A stretch of 64,000 bases of DNA from Octopus sinensis. Taxonomy: Eukaryota. Position 1 is the first letter of the stretch. Every line of letters starts with the position of its first letter. The notes under the pieces were generated by a model. It worked only from the letters and a program-made list of their open reading frames with translations, was not told where the DNA came from and searched no databases. The position numbers and the translations under genes were made by a program. Location of the stretch: the NCBI RefSeq assembly GCF_006345805.1, contig NC_043024.1, forward strand, positions 10,726,001-10,790,000, read 5' to 3'. Positions 1-12,351 of the stretch are shown one piece after another.

Positions 1-307
1 ATTTGTGTTTGTTCCTTCTCAAGCCATGCCTGGCTCATAAGGGCCGGCTTTCCCCGGTTTCCTTGGTGTATAGGTTCCCCACCTGGACGGGACACCGGTC
101 CGTCGCAGGTGAGCTTCTAGATTCAGGAGGAAAGAGTGAGAGAAATTTGTGGCGAAAGGGTCAGCAGAATTTTTGCCATTACCTTCGGTCAGAGCCGCAT
201 GGAGCTTAGGTGTTTTGCTCATAAACATACACATCACCTGGTCTGAGATTCGAACCCACGAACCCTCAATCGCGAGTCCGCTGCTCTAACCACTAGGCCA
301 TGCGCCT

Positions 308-359
<52 letters not shown>

Positions 360-670
360 TGTTGTTGTTATTTGTTCCTTCTCAAGCTATGCCTGGCTCA
401 TAGGGCCAGTTTCCCGGTTTCCCTGGCGTATAGGTTCCCCACCTGGACAGGACGCCGGTCCGTCGCAGGTGAGCTGCAAGATGCAGGAGGAAAGAGTGAG
501 AGAAAGTTGTGGCGAAAGAGTCAGCGGAAGTTCGCCATTACCTTCCGCCGGAGCCATGTGGTGCTTAGGTGTTTCACTCATAAACACACACATCGCCCGG
601 TCTGAGATTTGAACCTGCGATCCCTCAACCGCGAGTTCGCTGCCCTAACCACTAGGCGATGTGTCTCCAC
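1..670 (-). mobile_element. Two tandem tRNA-derived SINEs (family D, with V-domain-like ggaccggcgtcccgtccagg); related + copy at about 48443-48695
   Basis: - strand heads with A box TGGCCTAGTGG and B box GGTTCGAATC at 239-311; copies 1-311 and 365-670 separated by (CA)n. Confidence 0.8.
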
Positions 671-1336
671 AATGTATGTGTGTGTGTCCCTTGCTCTGTG
701 ACTCCTGTCTACCTTCCTTAATTCAGGTATTGTCGATCACCCATCACATGTAAGCATTATGTGCTTATACACGTGTGTGTGTGTCCCACTCTGAGACCCC
801 CTTCTACCTTCCCCCAACTCATGCACCTTTGGTCACTCACTTACATCCACCCATCAATCCTACCCAATCTTTAAAGCTGTTACCTACCCCCCTTCCTACC
901 CCTCTATCTCACGCTCTGCCCACCCCCCACTCACACACACACACATACACTCTCCTGTGAACACCATTCGAGTGCCTTACTGGCACCTGTGCCGCTGGCA
1001 TGTGTAAAAAGATTCGAGCATGGCCATTGCCAGTGCCGCCTGACTGACCCCCGTGCCGGTGGCACGTAAAAAGCACCCACTACACTCTCAGGGTGATTGG
1101 CATTAGGAAGGGCATCCAGCTGTAGAAACTCTGCCAGATCAGATTGGAGCCTGGTGCAGCTTCCATGGCTTACCAGACCCCGGTCGAACCGTCCATTCCA
1201 TGCTAGCATGAAAAGCGGCCTTAAACGATGATGATGATGATGATGATGATGATAACGATGTTGATGGTGATGATTATGATGATGATGATGATGGACAACG
1301 TACAAACTATGACTTTCCTCTTTCTTTTTCTTCCAG

Positions 1337-1493
1337 ACTTGGCTACGGCAATCCGACGTCGGCAAAAGACCCCGAAGACGAAGTGAACGAATACCTCGAC
1401 CGAGCCATCGATGCCCGTAGTGTTGACCAGCTGCGGGCGGAACATGTCAAGCCCATATCCTTAAAGTTCTACAAGAAAGAATACGAAGAAAAG
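1337..1493 (+). CDS. ADCY5-like: Adenylyl cyclase exon (C1b): [52 protein letters not shown]
   Basis: ttccag acceptor, gtgagt donor; resembles AC5 [26 protein letters not shown]. Confidence 0.95.
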
Positions 1494-3785
1494 GTGAGTC
1501 CAGATATAACCACCACAAAGTATAAATATTCGTCATAACATAGTCTTCTTTATTGCAGCAAATCTGACTTACAGCCGTTTCCAGTGGTATTTATAGGTTT
1601 GTTATTGGTAGGTTTCCTCAGTCAGCATATTGATCAGCAAGAGTGGCCGTGTGGTAAGTAGCTTGCTTACCAACCACATGGTTCTGGGTTCAGTCCCACT
1701 GCGTGGCACCTTGGGCAAGTGTCTTCTACTATAGCCTCGGGCTGACCAGAGCCTTGTGAGTGGATTAGGTAGACGGAAACTGAAAGAAGCCCATCATATA
1801 TATATAGTGAGATATATATAGGTACAGGAGTGGCTGTGTGGTAAGTAGCTTGATTACCAACCACATGGTTCTGGGTTCAGTCCCACTGCGTGGAACCTTG
1901 GGCAAGTGTCTTCTACTATAGCCTCGGGTCGACCAAAGCCTTGTGAGTGGATTTGATAGACGGAAACTGAAAGAAGCCCGTCGTATATATGTATGTATAT
2001 ATATGGGTGCAGGAGTGGCTGTGTGGTAAGTAGCTTGATTACCAACCACATGGTTCTGGGTTCAGTCCCACTGCATGGCACCTTGGGCAAGTGTCTTCTA
2101 CTATAGCCTCAGACTGACCAAAGCTTTGTGAGTGGATTTGGTAGACGGAAACTGAAAGAAGCCTGTCGTATATATGTATATATATATGTATGTGTGTGTG
2201 TCTGAGTTTGTCCTCCCACCATCGCTTGACAACTGATGCTGGTGTGTTTATGTCCCTGTTTTTGGGAATTTCATGTATTTAATACACTTTATATAATGAC
2301 CTGCCTAACTTGCTCATCCTTACATTTTACAAACCCGACAGCTGTTTCTGGGGGTGCAGTGGTCCAAAATAATGCCTGTAGATTGATTCCACCATCGGAT
2401 GAGACGAGCCTCTATCTTCAAGGAAGAGATCTTACATTTGAGGTGTATATGTGCATATATATATATATATTTACTAGCAGTATCGCCCGGCGTTGCTCGG
2501 GTTTGTAAGGGAAATAACTATATAAGCATTTTTAGAGATGTAAAGTATAATAGCCATCTCAATATGGCTAAACACAAAGGGGGAGTGTTACTGTAGCTTT
2601 TTACGTTCTGAGATTTAATAATAAATTTTTAGAGAGTTACTTCCCTTATATTATAGCGAAAAAATGCATTAAAAATGTGAAAAATTGATGGTAAATTTTT
2701 TTTTAAATCGTAGACTCATCGTAGACGTGCGCTAATACCCAGAAGGGCTCAATATGAATCACGACTATAAGATACCCGGTTTTGGTTAAACTGCACCGCA
2801 AAATGTGGGAGTAGTTAGGAATCTAAATCGTAGGAGACAGACAGCACACAACCTCACTTTTATATATAAAGATATGATGAGCCTCTGTCTTCAGGGAAAA
2901 GATCTTACATTTTAGGTGTTGACAGAAAGAAGTTAAAGATGGAATGATTTTGATATATATATCACTTTGACCGACCAGTCCGTCAGGCGTCCATTTGACA
3001 CCGCTGATCACAGCACGCTGTCCACTCCTCTCTGGATTGCGCCTTTCTCATCCACGTGATCCCAATCGTCCTCTTGAAATCGTCACTCCACCGTCGTGGA
3101 GGTCTTTCAAGTGGTCTTTTCCACTCACGAAGATAATTCTGAACAGGTTGTCACGTCGTCTCAACGAACAACAACCGAGGGAACAAGCAGGCTTCCGGAA
3201 GAACTACAGCACAATGGACCATATATTTGCTCTAACGCAACTGCTTGAGCGAGCAAATGAGTACAAGCTGCCTCTTTGCGTTGCGTTTATAGATTATGAG
3301 AAGGCCTTCGATAGCGTCGAAACCAACGCAGTGCTGAACTCGCTGCAGAGGCAAGGAATCGAAGCGCAATATGTGCAGCTGCTCAGAGAAGCAAATTCCG
3401 GATGCAGCACCGACATAGCTCTACTGTCATCACCCATACGATATATATATATACACACATATACTACAAGATTCTTTCAGTTTCTCTCTACCAAGTTTAA
3501 ACCTATTGAGTACTACTAAGTGTATTCTATACAGAGAATATCTGATTCTCATCTGTAAACTATGTGTGTGTATGATAACTGGAAGGTTCTGGTTTCCAGT
3601 ACTCCAAGTTGCTCATTTCCAATCATCGACTGGTAAACTAAGGCATGGTTTGCCAGCTTATGATCAGAAGTGAGCACCTCTGAATACTGGAAATCAGAGC
3701 CTTTCCAGTATAATGTATCAAAACATACTCTTACATTTGTATTGAGTTCTGTCGTTTATCACGACACATATATAGGCAATATCTG

Positions 3786-3820
<35 letters not shown>

Positions 3821-4310
3821 TGGTGTTGATGTAGCATTAATGATATCAATGTGTCTCTATGTAATATGTAGTGTGTGTTTGTATGTGTGCGTGTGAACAT
3901 GTAACGGTGTCTGTGTGCCAGTATATATATGTGCATGTGTATGTATACACACACACACTTATATATGACATGTGTGTATGTATGTATATATAATATATAT
4001 ATGTATATGTATATTATATATATATGATATATGTGTGTGTGTGTGTTAAATTATTAATTTATTAAATTGTTATTATATGACTGAAGTTTTTATTATATTT
4101 AATATAACACCACACACACATATATAGGCAACATCTGTATATATGTCTGTGTGTTGATGTTGACGCACCATATATATATGCCAGTGTATATGTGCGTGTG
4201 TATGGATGTGTGTGTTTATATATATATATATTATATATATATATCACACACACAGAAACGCGCGCACACACTTATACATACGTGCATGCATATATGACAT
4301 TTATATGCGG

Positions 4311-4361
<51 letters not shown>

Positions 4362-4782
4362 CATATATATATATATATATATACACACACATATATATAT
4401 ATATATACACACACACACATATAAGGCAACGTCTGTGTGATATATATAATATATTAATTATATATATATACGTAGTGTTGCTAACATGTCTCTGTGCGTA
4501 GTGTGCGAGCGTGCGTGCGTGTATGTGTGTGTCCGTGTGTCCCTGTGTTCGTTGTCGGTCACGTTTACCTGCCAGCTGACCTCAGGTGTGCTTCTGATGC
4601 TCTGACAGTGCTGCAGGTGTGAATGGATGTTTTCAAGTGATTAAACTTGCGCTCCAACACACCTTCCACCAATCGCGTTGCGCTTTCCCATTTTCTAATT
4701 ACCTGTTGCAGCTAATTGTGTTATTGTTGTAGTGGTGATGGAGCTGCAGATTCTGAGGGTTGTGGTGTTGTTGCTGCTGTTG

Positions 4783-4814
<32 letters not shown>

Positions 4815-6795
4815 GGTGGTAGTGGCAGTGATCATAATGATGGTGGTAGTGTTGTTGTTATTGTTGCTGCTGGTGGTGGTGGTGGTGGTGGTAGTAGTAG
4901 TAGTGGCGGTGGTGATAATGATGGTGGTGATGATGGTGGTAGTGTTGTTGTTGTTGTTGTTGCTGGTGGTGGTAGTGGTGGTAGTTGGTGGTAGTGGTGG
5001 TAGTGGTGGTGGTGGTGGTTGTAGTAGTGGCAGTGCTGATAATGATGTGGTGGTAGTGTTGTTGTTGTTGTTGCTGCTGGTGGTGACGGTGGTAGTGGTG
5101 GTGGTGGTGGTGGTGGTGCTAATAATGATGTTGGTGATGATGGTGGTAGTGTTGTTGTTGAAGGTGTCGCTGGTGCTGGTGGTAGTGTTGTCATCATTGT
5201 TTGGGTTGTCATCGATGGTGGTGGTATTGGCGGTGGTGGTGCTGGTTTTAGTTGCATTGTTGTTGTTGTTGATAATGATGATGATGCTGATGCTGTTATT
5301 TGCAGCAGTATTATTATTGATTATGTTTGTAGTATTAATGAGAGCATTATTGTTGTACATGATGATGATGATGAGGATGAGGAGGAGGAGGATGCTATCA
5401 TCATCATCATCATCATTATTATTAACGCCGGGCGAAATGCGTAGCCGTATGTCGTCTATCTTTATGTTCTGAGTTCAAATTCCGCCGAGGTCGACTTTGC
5501 CTTTCATCCTTTCGGGGTCGATAAATTAAGTACCAGTTATGCACCGGGGTCCATGTAATCGACTTAATCCGTTTGTCTGTCCTTGTTTGTTTGTCCTCTC
5601 TGTGTTTAGCCCCTTGTGGGTAGTTAAGAAATTATTATTATTATTATTATTATTATTTATTATTATTATCGTGGCCGTTGCCAGCGCCGCCCCGACTGGC
5701 CTCCGTGCCGGTGGCATGTAAAAAGCACCATCCGTCCGTGGCCGTTTGCCAGCTCCATCTGGCACCTGTGCTGGTGGCATGTAAAAAGCACCCACTACAC
5801 TCACGGAGTGGTTGGCGTTAGGAAGGGCATCCAGCCGTAGAAACATTGCCAGATCAGAATGGGCCTGTTGCAGCCTTCTGGCTTCACAGACCCCGGTCGA
5901 ACTGTCCAACTCATGCTAGCATGGAAGGCGGACGCTAAATGATGATGATGATGATGATTATTATTAATATTTTAAGGTGGCGAGCTGGCAGAATCGTTAG
6001 CATGCTGGGTGAAATTCTTCATGGCATTTCATTTGTCTTTATGTTCTGATTCAAATTCCACTGAGGTTGTCTTTACTTTTCATCCTTTCAGGTTCGATGA
6101 AAGAAATACCAGTTGTGTACTGGGGTCCATGTAATCAACTTCCCTTGAAATTGCTGGTTTTATGCCAAAATTTGAAATCACCATCATCATCATTATTATT
6201 GTTATAATTATTATTATTATTATTATTGTTGTTATTATTATTATTGTTATTATTATTATTATTATTATTGTTATTGTTGTTGTTGTTGTCGTTATAGCTA
6301 AAACACCTGTTCTGTTTATCATTCCAGTATTCCAAAGTGAGAGACGTCATGTTCTCATCCCATCTCGTCTGTATTGTCATCATCTTCATCACAATTATCT
6401 TCATTCATCTCATTATCATACCCAGGTAAGTCTAATTCTTTCACCCCAATCCTAACCTTTAGCACCGGTTTCAGGCTTTTTCAGCATAAAAAACAATTAA
6501 ATTGTAGAAAAATTAAATTAAATGCTTTTAAAAAATATTTCCTAAGTTTTCAAATGCAAGTGACGTTTTATTTTCTGTCTGTTTGTCTCACTTTTTTAGG
6601 AAATATTTAAAAAAAAAATATTTAATTTAATTTTACCACAATTTAATTGTTTTTCATGCTTTACTCCAAGTTGAAAAAGTCGCAAAGGCTGAAACCGGTA
6701 CCAAAATGTTCTTCATGATAAAACTATCTTAGCATTTTCTACCTTGTCTTATTTTCCTGATATATATCAACTTGTGTGTTCCTTTTCAACCTTCT

Positions 6796-6832
<37 letters not shown>

Positions 6833-7418
6833 AGAATTTTTTGTGTAATAAGATAAAAAACCAAGGCTGTATAGATATTAGAGCATTTATAGATAGAAGG
6901 TCTTACAGCTGTTTCTAGGATATTAATTAATAACAATATCCCTTCATCAGAGACGGTGTGAGAGGAAAAATTAAGTCATAGTTTTATATATATATATATT
7001 ATTCAAAAGAATTCCAGCTCTGTCTGTTTTTTATGTTTTATTTATATTCTTTATAATATTAATGTAGAATATAGGATATATAGTATAAATAGTATATATA
7101 GTAAAATGAAATGAAGCATTGATTGTCTTATTGAATAGATGAAATATTGAATATAAAATATTATTATATATATATAATTGAAATATGTTTCAAACAGAAA
7201 ATAGAAACTACATGTGGAAAAGCTATGGGAAAAGTAAGAAGAAAAAAAGCAAAAATGCACATTGAATATAAAAAAAAATAAAGGCTTCTTTTATGAAAAG
7301 TAGCGATAAATAAATACAATTAGGTGAACTGAGGTAAAATTAAGAGGAATTAAATTCATTAATTTGAATTGTTAAAGAGATTCAAAATCAGACCGGTATC
7401 ATCAATACTGTTCACTGG

Positions 7419-7467
<49 letters not shown>

Positions 7468-7682
7468 TAAACACTTATTAACGTTTTGTTTATCATGTAG
7501 GCAGTCATCGTAATCATTATAATGCCTTGTTGGTTAGAGAGGCTCCCTTTCTTTCCTGATGAGAAGATTGCATCTTACACCGTTTATTTCTTTGGAATAA
7601 AACCATGTTGTCTTCGAAACATATGTCGAGAGTAAAGGAATTTTATTAACATCTTCATTCAACTACATTTATTTATTTATTC

Positions 7683-7722
<40 letters not shown>

Positions 7723-10700
7723 ATATTCAAACTATCTCCCTCACTCACTCACATGCCATCCCATTCACACCCTCATACCATCCCTCTCACTCTTGTGCCA
7801 CTTTCACATCATCACTTCAGTTCTCATAGTACTCCTCTCACTCACACCCCATCCCTTTAGACTTCTCTCTCTCTCTTTTGTCTCTCCTTCTTTCTGTCAC
7901 TCATATACACACACACTCTTTTTCATAAGCTCTCTCTCTCTCTCTCACTAACACACACACATGCATGCACATATTGCACACTCTCCCTCGTAAGCTCTCT
8001 CTCTCTCACATACACATGCACTCTCCATTAAACTCTCTCTCTCTCTCAAACACTGTCTCTCCTAAGCTCAAATTCTCTTTCTCACACACACATACACACT
8101 CTCTCTATCATAACTTTATCTCTCTCTCACACATATGCACTCTCTCTCTCTCATATATGCAATCTCTCACTTCCATTCATACTGTCTCTCTTTCCCTCTC
8201 TCTCTCTTTCTCTCTAACTCTTCCACTCTCTCTCCCTCTCTAACTCTTCCACTCTCCCTCTCTCTCTCTCTAACTCTTCCACTCACACCCTCACTCATTC
8301 TCTCTAACTCTTCCACTCTCCCCATCTCTCTCTCTAACTCTTCCACTCACACACTCTCTCTCCCCTCTCTCTCTAAATCTTCCACTCTCACTCTCACTCA
8401 CTCTCTCTCCACAGATCCATACTCTTCATATTAATCAGTTCTGTTGGTATTGTCTTCCTGCTGTTGCTGCTGCTGATAGTTTTCATAGAACGTCTCAAGG
8501 TCAGTATCAATGCACACATCTCTAAACTTACTTTAGCCCCCATTCTTATTTCACTGCAAAACTCTTCCCTAAACTTACCTTAGCTTCCATACTCATTTTG
8601 CTGCAGAACTCTTCCCTAAACTTACTTTAGCCCCCATTCTTATTTAGCTGCAGAACTCATTAAGTTACAAATTTCCAAGACAACCACCAAACCCATTATT
8701 TTTACCCAAGTAAAAGAATATAGACATTCAACGGTTATTTTCCTTCGTGAACTAATGTGGAAGTAAGCTATCCCTTGAACCCAAAGTAATTTATAGATTC
8801 CCCCACCCCACCCTACCGCCCCCGAAGAGGTTAAATTCTGAAATCATATGATGGGGTCTTATCAAATTACTTCGTTCAACAAGTTTTATCTCACTGGAAA
8901 AAGATGTTATGGCTTGCCCCTCACAGTCCCTTTGAATATCTCACCAGGTTGGTGATTTAGTGTGACTATTCAAGTTATATCTCTTTAGCTCTTATTTCTA
9001 GCATTTGTCGCTGCTGTTTTGCACCCTTATTAATATATTCTACCCTTTTGGTTCTGTTAATAGCTTTAGCCACCCCATACTATTAAGACAGTGAGCTGGT
9101 AGAAATGTTAGCATGCCAAGCGAAATGTTTTGCTGTATTTCGTCTGCCGCTACGTTCAGAGTTCAAATTCCACCGAGGTCGACTTTGCCTTTCATCCTTT
9201 CGGGGTCGATTAAATAAGTACCAGTTACACACTGGGGTCGTTGTAATCGACTTAATCCATTTGTCTGTACTTGTTTGTCCCCTCTGTGTTTAGCCCCTTG
9301 TGGGTAGTAAAGAAATAGGTATTTCGTCTGCTGCTATGTTCTGAGTTCAAATTCTGCCAAGGTCGACTTTGCCTTTTATCCTTTCGGGGTCGATAAATTA
9401 AGTACCAGTTACACACTGGGGTCGATGTAATCCACTGAATCTGCTTCTCTGTCCTTGTTTGTCTCCTCTTTGTTTAGCCCCTTTTGGGTAGTAAAGAAAT
9501 AGGTATTTCGTCTGTCTTTACGTTCTGAGTTCAAATTTTGCAAAGGTCAACTTTGCTTTTCTTCCTTTTGGGGGTCAATAAATTAAGTACCAGTTGTGTA
9601 CTGGGGGAAATCTAATTGACTGCCCCCCCCTCACCTCCCAAAAAATTTTGGACCTTGTGCCTAGAGTAGAAATGAATATATCATAATATTAATTTATCGT
9701 TATGATATCTTATTGTATGTTTATATAGATGGATTGATATACATTTCGTTTTGGGATTTGGTTTGCAAGATTCTTTATATGGGTTTGTGTGTTGAAGCAT
9801 ATTCTGTTGTGTCTGGGGAGAGTCATTTTCTTTTTGTGCCTTATAATGTAACACACTCACCGGTAAAATTTCCACTTATTTCTTATTTTTATTTTCCCTA
9901 AAATTTTCGTTGCGTCTTGCAACCTTTTTAAAAACTTACTTCCTCGTACTCATGGCGACATTTACCCTGGGCGGGTTGAGTCGGCTTCTTCGACTTGGAA
10001 GAAGTTTCGTGGGAATATGTGGATTTTACAAGCGGTCCCCAAATCCCGCATGTAGAGACATCCTGTTTACCGCAGATTGTCCGTAGACAAGGGACAGAAC
10101 GACCGAGGAGCCGCCGGTTGCCGAAGCAGACACTCCGAGGATTTTCACCAGAGCCCCGTCTGCTGGGTTGTGGCCCCAATACCACTTGGTGTCAGACCAA
10201 TCCGCCTTGGGTGGCCCTACTAGGAACCAAAGTTCCCGACGGCATAGCTCTGACACTACCCGTTGCCAGCGTCCCCACCACGGTGAGGAGGGGATGAACT
10301 TTGGGGACGCGTTTTAAAAACACACACAACTGGCTTCCATACAGTCACCATTTTACAAAAACCCCTCTTCTATAAACTTCACATCTTTATATATAAAAGT
10401 GAGGTTGTGTGCTGTCTGTCTCCTACGATTTAGATTCCAAACTACTCCCACATTTTGCGGTGCAGTTTAACCAAAACCGGGTATCTTATAGTCGTGATTC
10501 ATATCGAGCCCTTCTGGGTATTAGCGCGCGTCTACGATGAATCTACGATTTAAAAAAAAATTTACCATCATTTTTTCCATTTTAATGCATTTTTTTTGCT
10601 ATTATATAAGGGAAGTAACTCTCTAAAAATGTCTATGATTAGTCAACGATTTAAAAAAAATTTACCATCATCTTTTTTCCATTTTTAATGCATTTTTTGG

Positions 10701-10865
10701 CTATAACTCTCTAAAAATGCTTATATACTTATTTCCCTTACAAACTTGAGCAATGCCGGGCGATACTGCTAGTAGATATATAATTATAAGCTAAAGACAT
10801 TTTTCCAAACTTGCAAACAGCGGAATCAAACAAGGAACTCCATGGTTTTGAAGCAATCTGCTTAA

Positions 10866-10913
<48 letters not shown>

Positions 10914-12320
10914 GACTATGTCTACTTGCTGTCTGTAGAATGGTAATGCCTTCAGGCGTGGATGGCAAACTTTCACAACACATCCATTCCGTTGTAAATG
11001 GACCAGAAAAGTCTTTGACTAATTACTTCTCTCCGTTTCTTCCAATATTCTTCGCAGTGTACATCTCGTTGGCTGACTGTGTTTGGTGCCAAAGTGGCAG
11101 AGAACCGTTCCATCAACCAGGCTACTGTCACCGTAATGGTGCTTCTCCTCTTTGTGGAGTCGTTCCTTGATATGGTAAGTCTATAATGTCAGTTGGTGGC
11201 GGTGGCAGTGGTGGTGGTGTGGTGGTGGTGGTGGTGGTGGTGGTAGTGATGGTAGCGGTGGTGGGTGGTGGTGTGTGGTGTGGTGATGGTAGGGTGGTGG
11301 TGGTGGTGGTGGTGGAGGTGGTGGTGGTGGAGTGGTGGTAGCGGTGGTGGTGGTGGTGTGGTGGTGGAGGTGGTGGTGGTGGGTTGATGGTAGCGGTGGT
11401 GGTGTGTGGTGGTGCAGTGGTGGTGCAGTGGTGGTGGTGGTGGTGTTGGTGTGGCAGTGATGGTACCAGTGTTGTGTTGTGGTGGTGGTGGAGGTGGTGG
11501 TGGTGGTGATGGTAACAGTGGTGGTGGTGGTGGTGGTAGTGATGGTAGCGGTGGTGGTGGTGGTGGTGGCAGTGATGGTAACAGTGGTGGTGGTGGTGGA
11601 GGTGGTGGTGGTAGTGATGGTAGCGGTGGTGGTGGTGGTGGTGGCAGTGATGGTAGTGGTGGTAGTGGTGGTGGTGGCAATGGTGGTGGGGTGGTTGCAG
11701 TAGTGGTAGTGGTGATAGTTGTGTTTGTGGTGGTGGTGGTGGTGGCAGTAGTGGTGGTGGCAGTGGTGGTCATGGTGATTGGGTGGTGTGGGTAATGTTG
11801 GCTATTTGTGATGGTTTTGCTGTTGTGGTGGTGGTGCTGGTGGTAGTGGTGTTTGTCTTCTGAGACCTCTGACCAAAGCTGTTCCAACCATGACCATCCC
11901 ATCGCCATCAGTACTACACACTGCATCTAGTGACAACATTAACCAATATGTATCTCCCCTTTTTTTATTTTTGAAGCAACAGCATTATTTAAAGAAGATT
12001 TAGCTGCTATTTCTAGTAAGTGAAACAACCACAAAGCAGTTGGTGTGTGATAAAACTGGCAGAGCATCAAGCTAGTGAAAGGCAAATTTACTGCAGTTTT
12101 CATCCCAAGATAACCTCTCTTATAGATGTGATGTGTTTAAAAACTGGCTGTGTGGTAAGAAACTTGCTTACCAACCACATGGTTCCGGGTTCAGTCCCAC
12201 TGCGTGGCATCTTGGGCAAGTGTCTTCTGCTACAGCCTTGGGCCTTCCAAAGCCTTGTGAGTGGATTTGGTAGACGGAAACTGAAAGAAGCCCATCATAT
12301 AGATATATATATATATATAG

Positions 12321-12351
<31 letters not shown>

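Noticed and set aside
239-311. tRNA-like sequence with A and B boxes
   Set aside because: It is the head of a SINE that continues into a shared body; not a stand-alone tRNA gene.
4695-5472. Poly-V/T/P/G ORFs in (GGT)n arrays (also 11189-11926, 14935-15575, 32927-33622)
   Set aside because: Trinucleotide repeats lack stops in several frames; no splice or homology support.
9680-10340. Relatively GC-rich stretch with short ORFs on both strands
   Set aside because: No recognisable protein motif or splice pattern; probably an unclassified repeat, and I cannot support a call.
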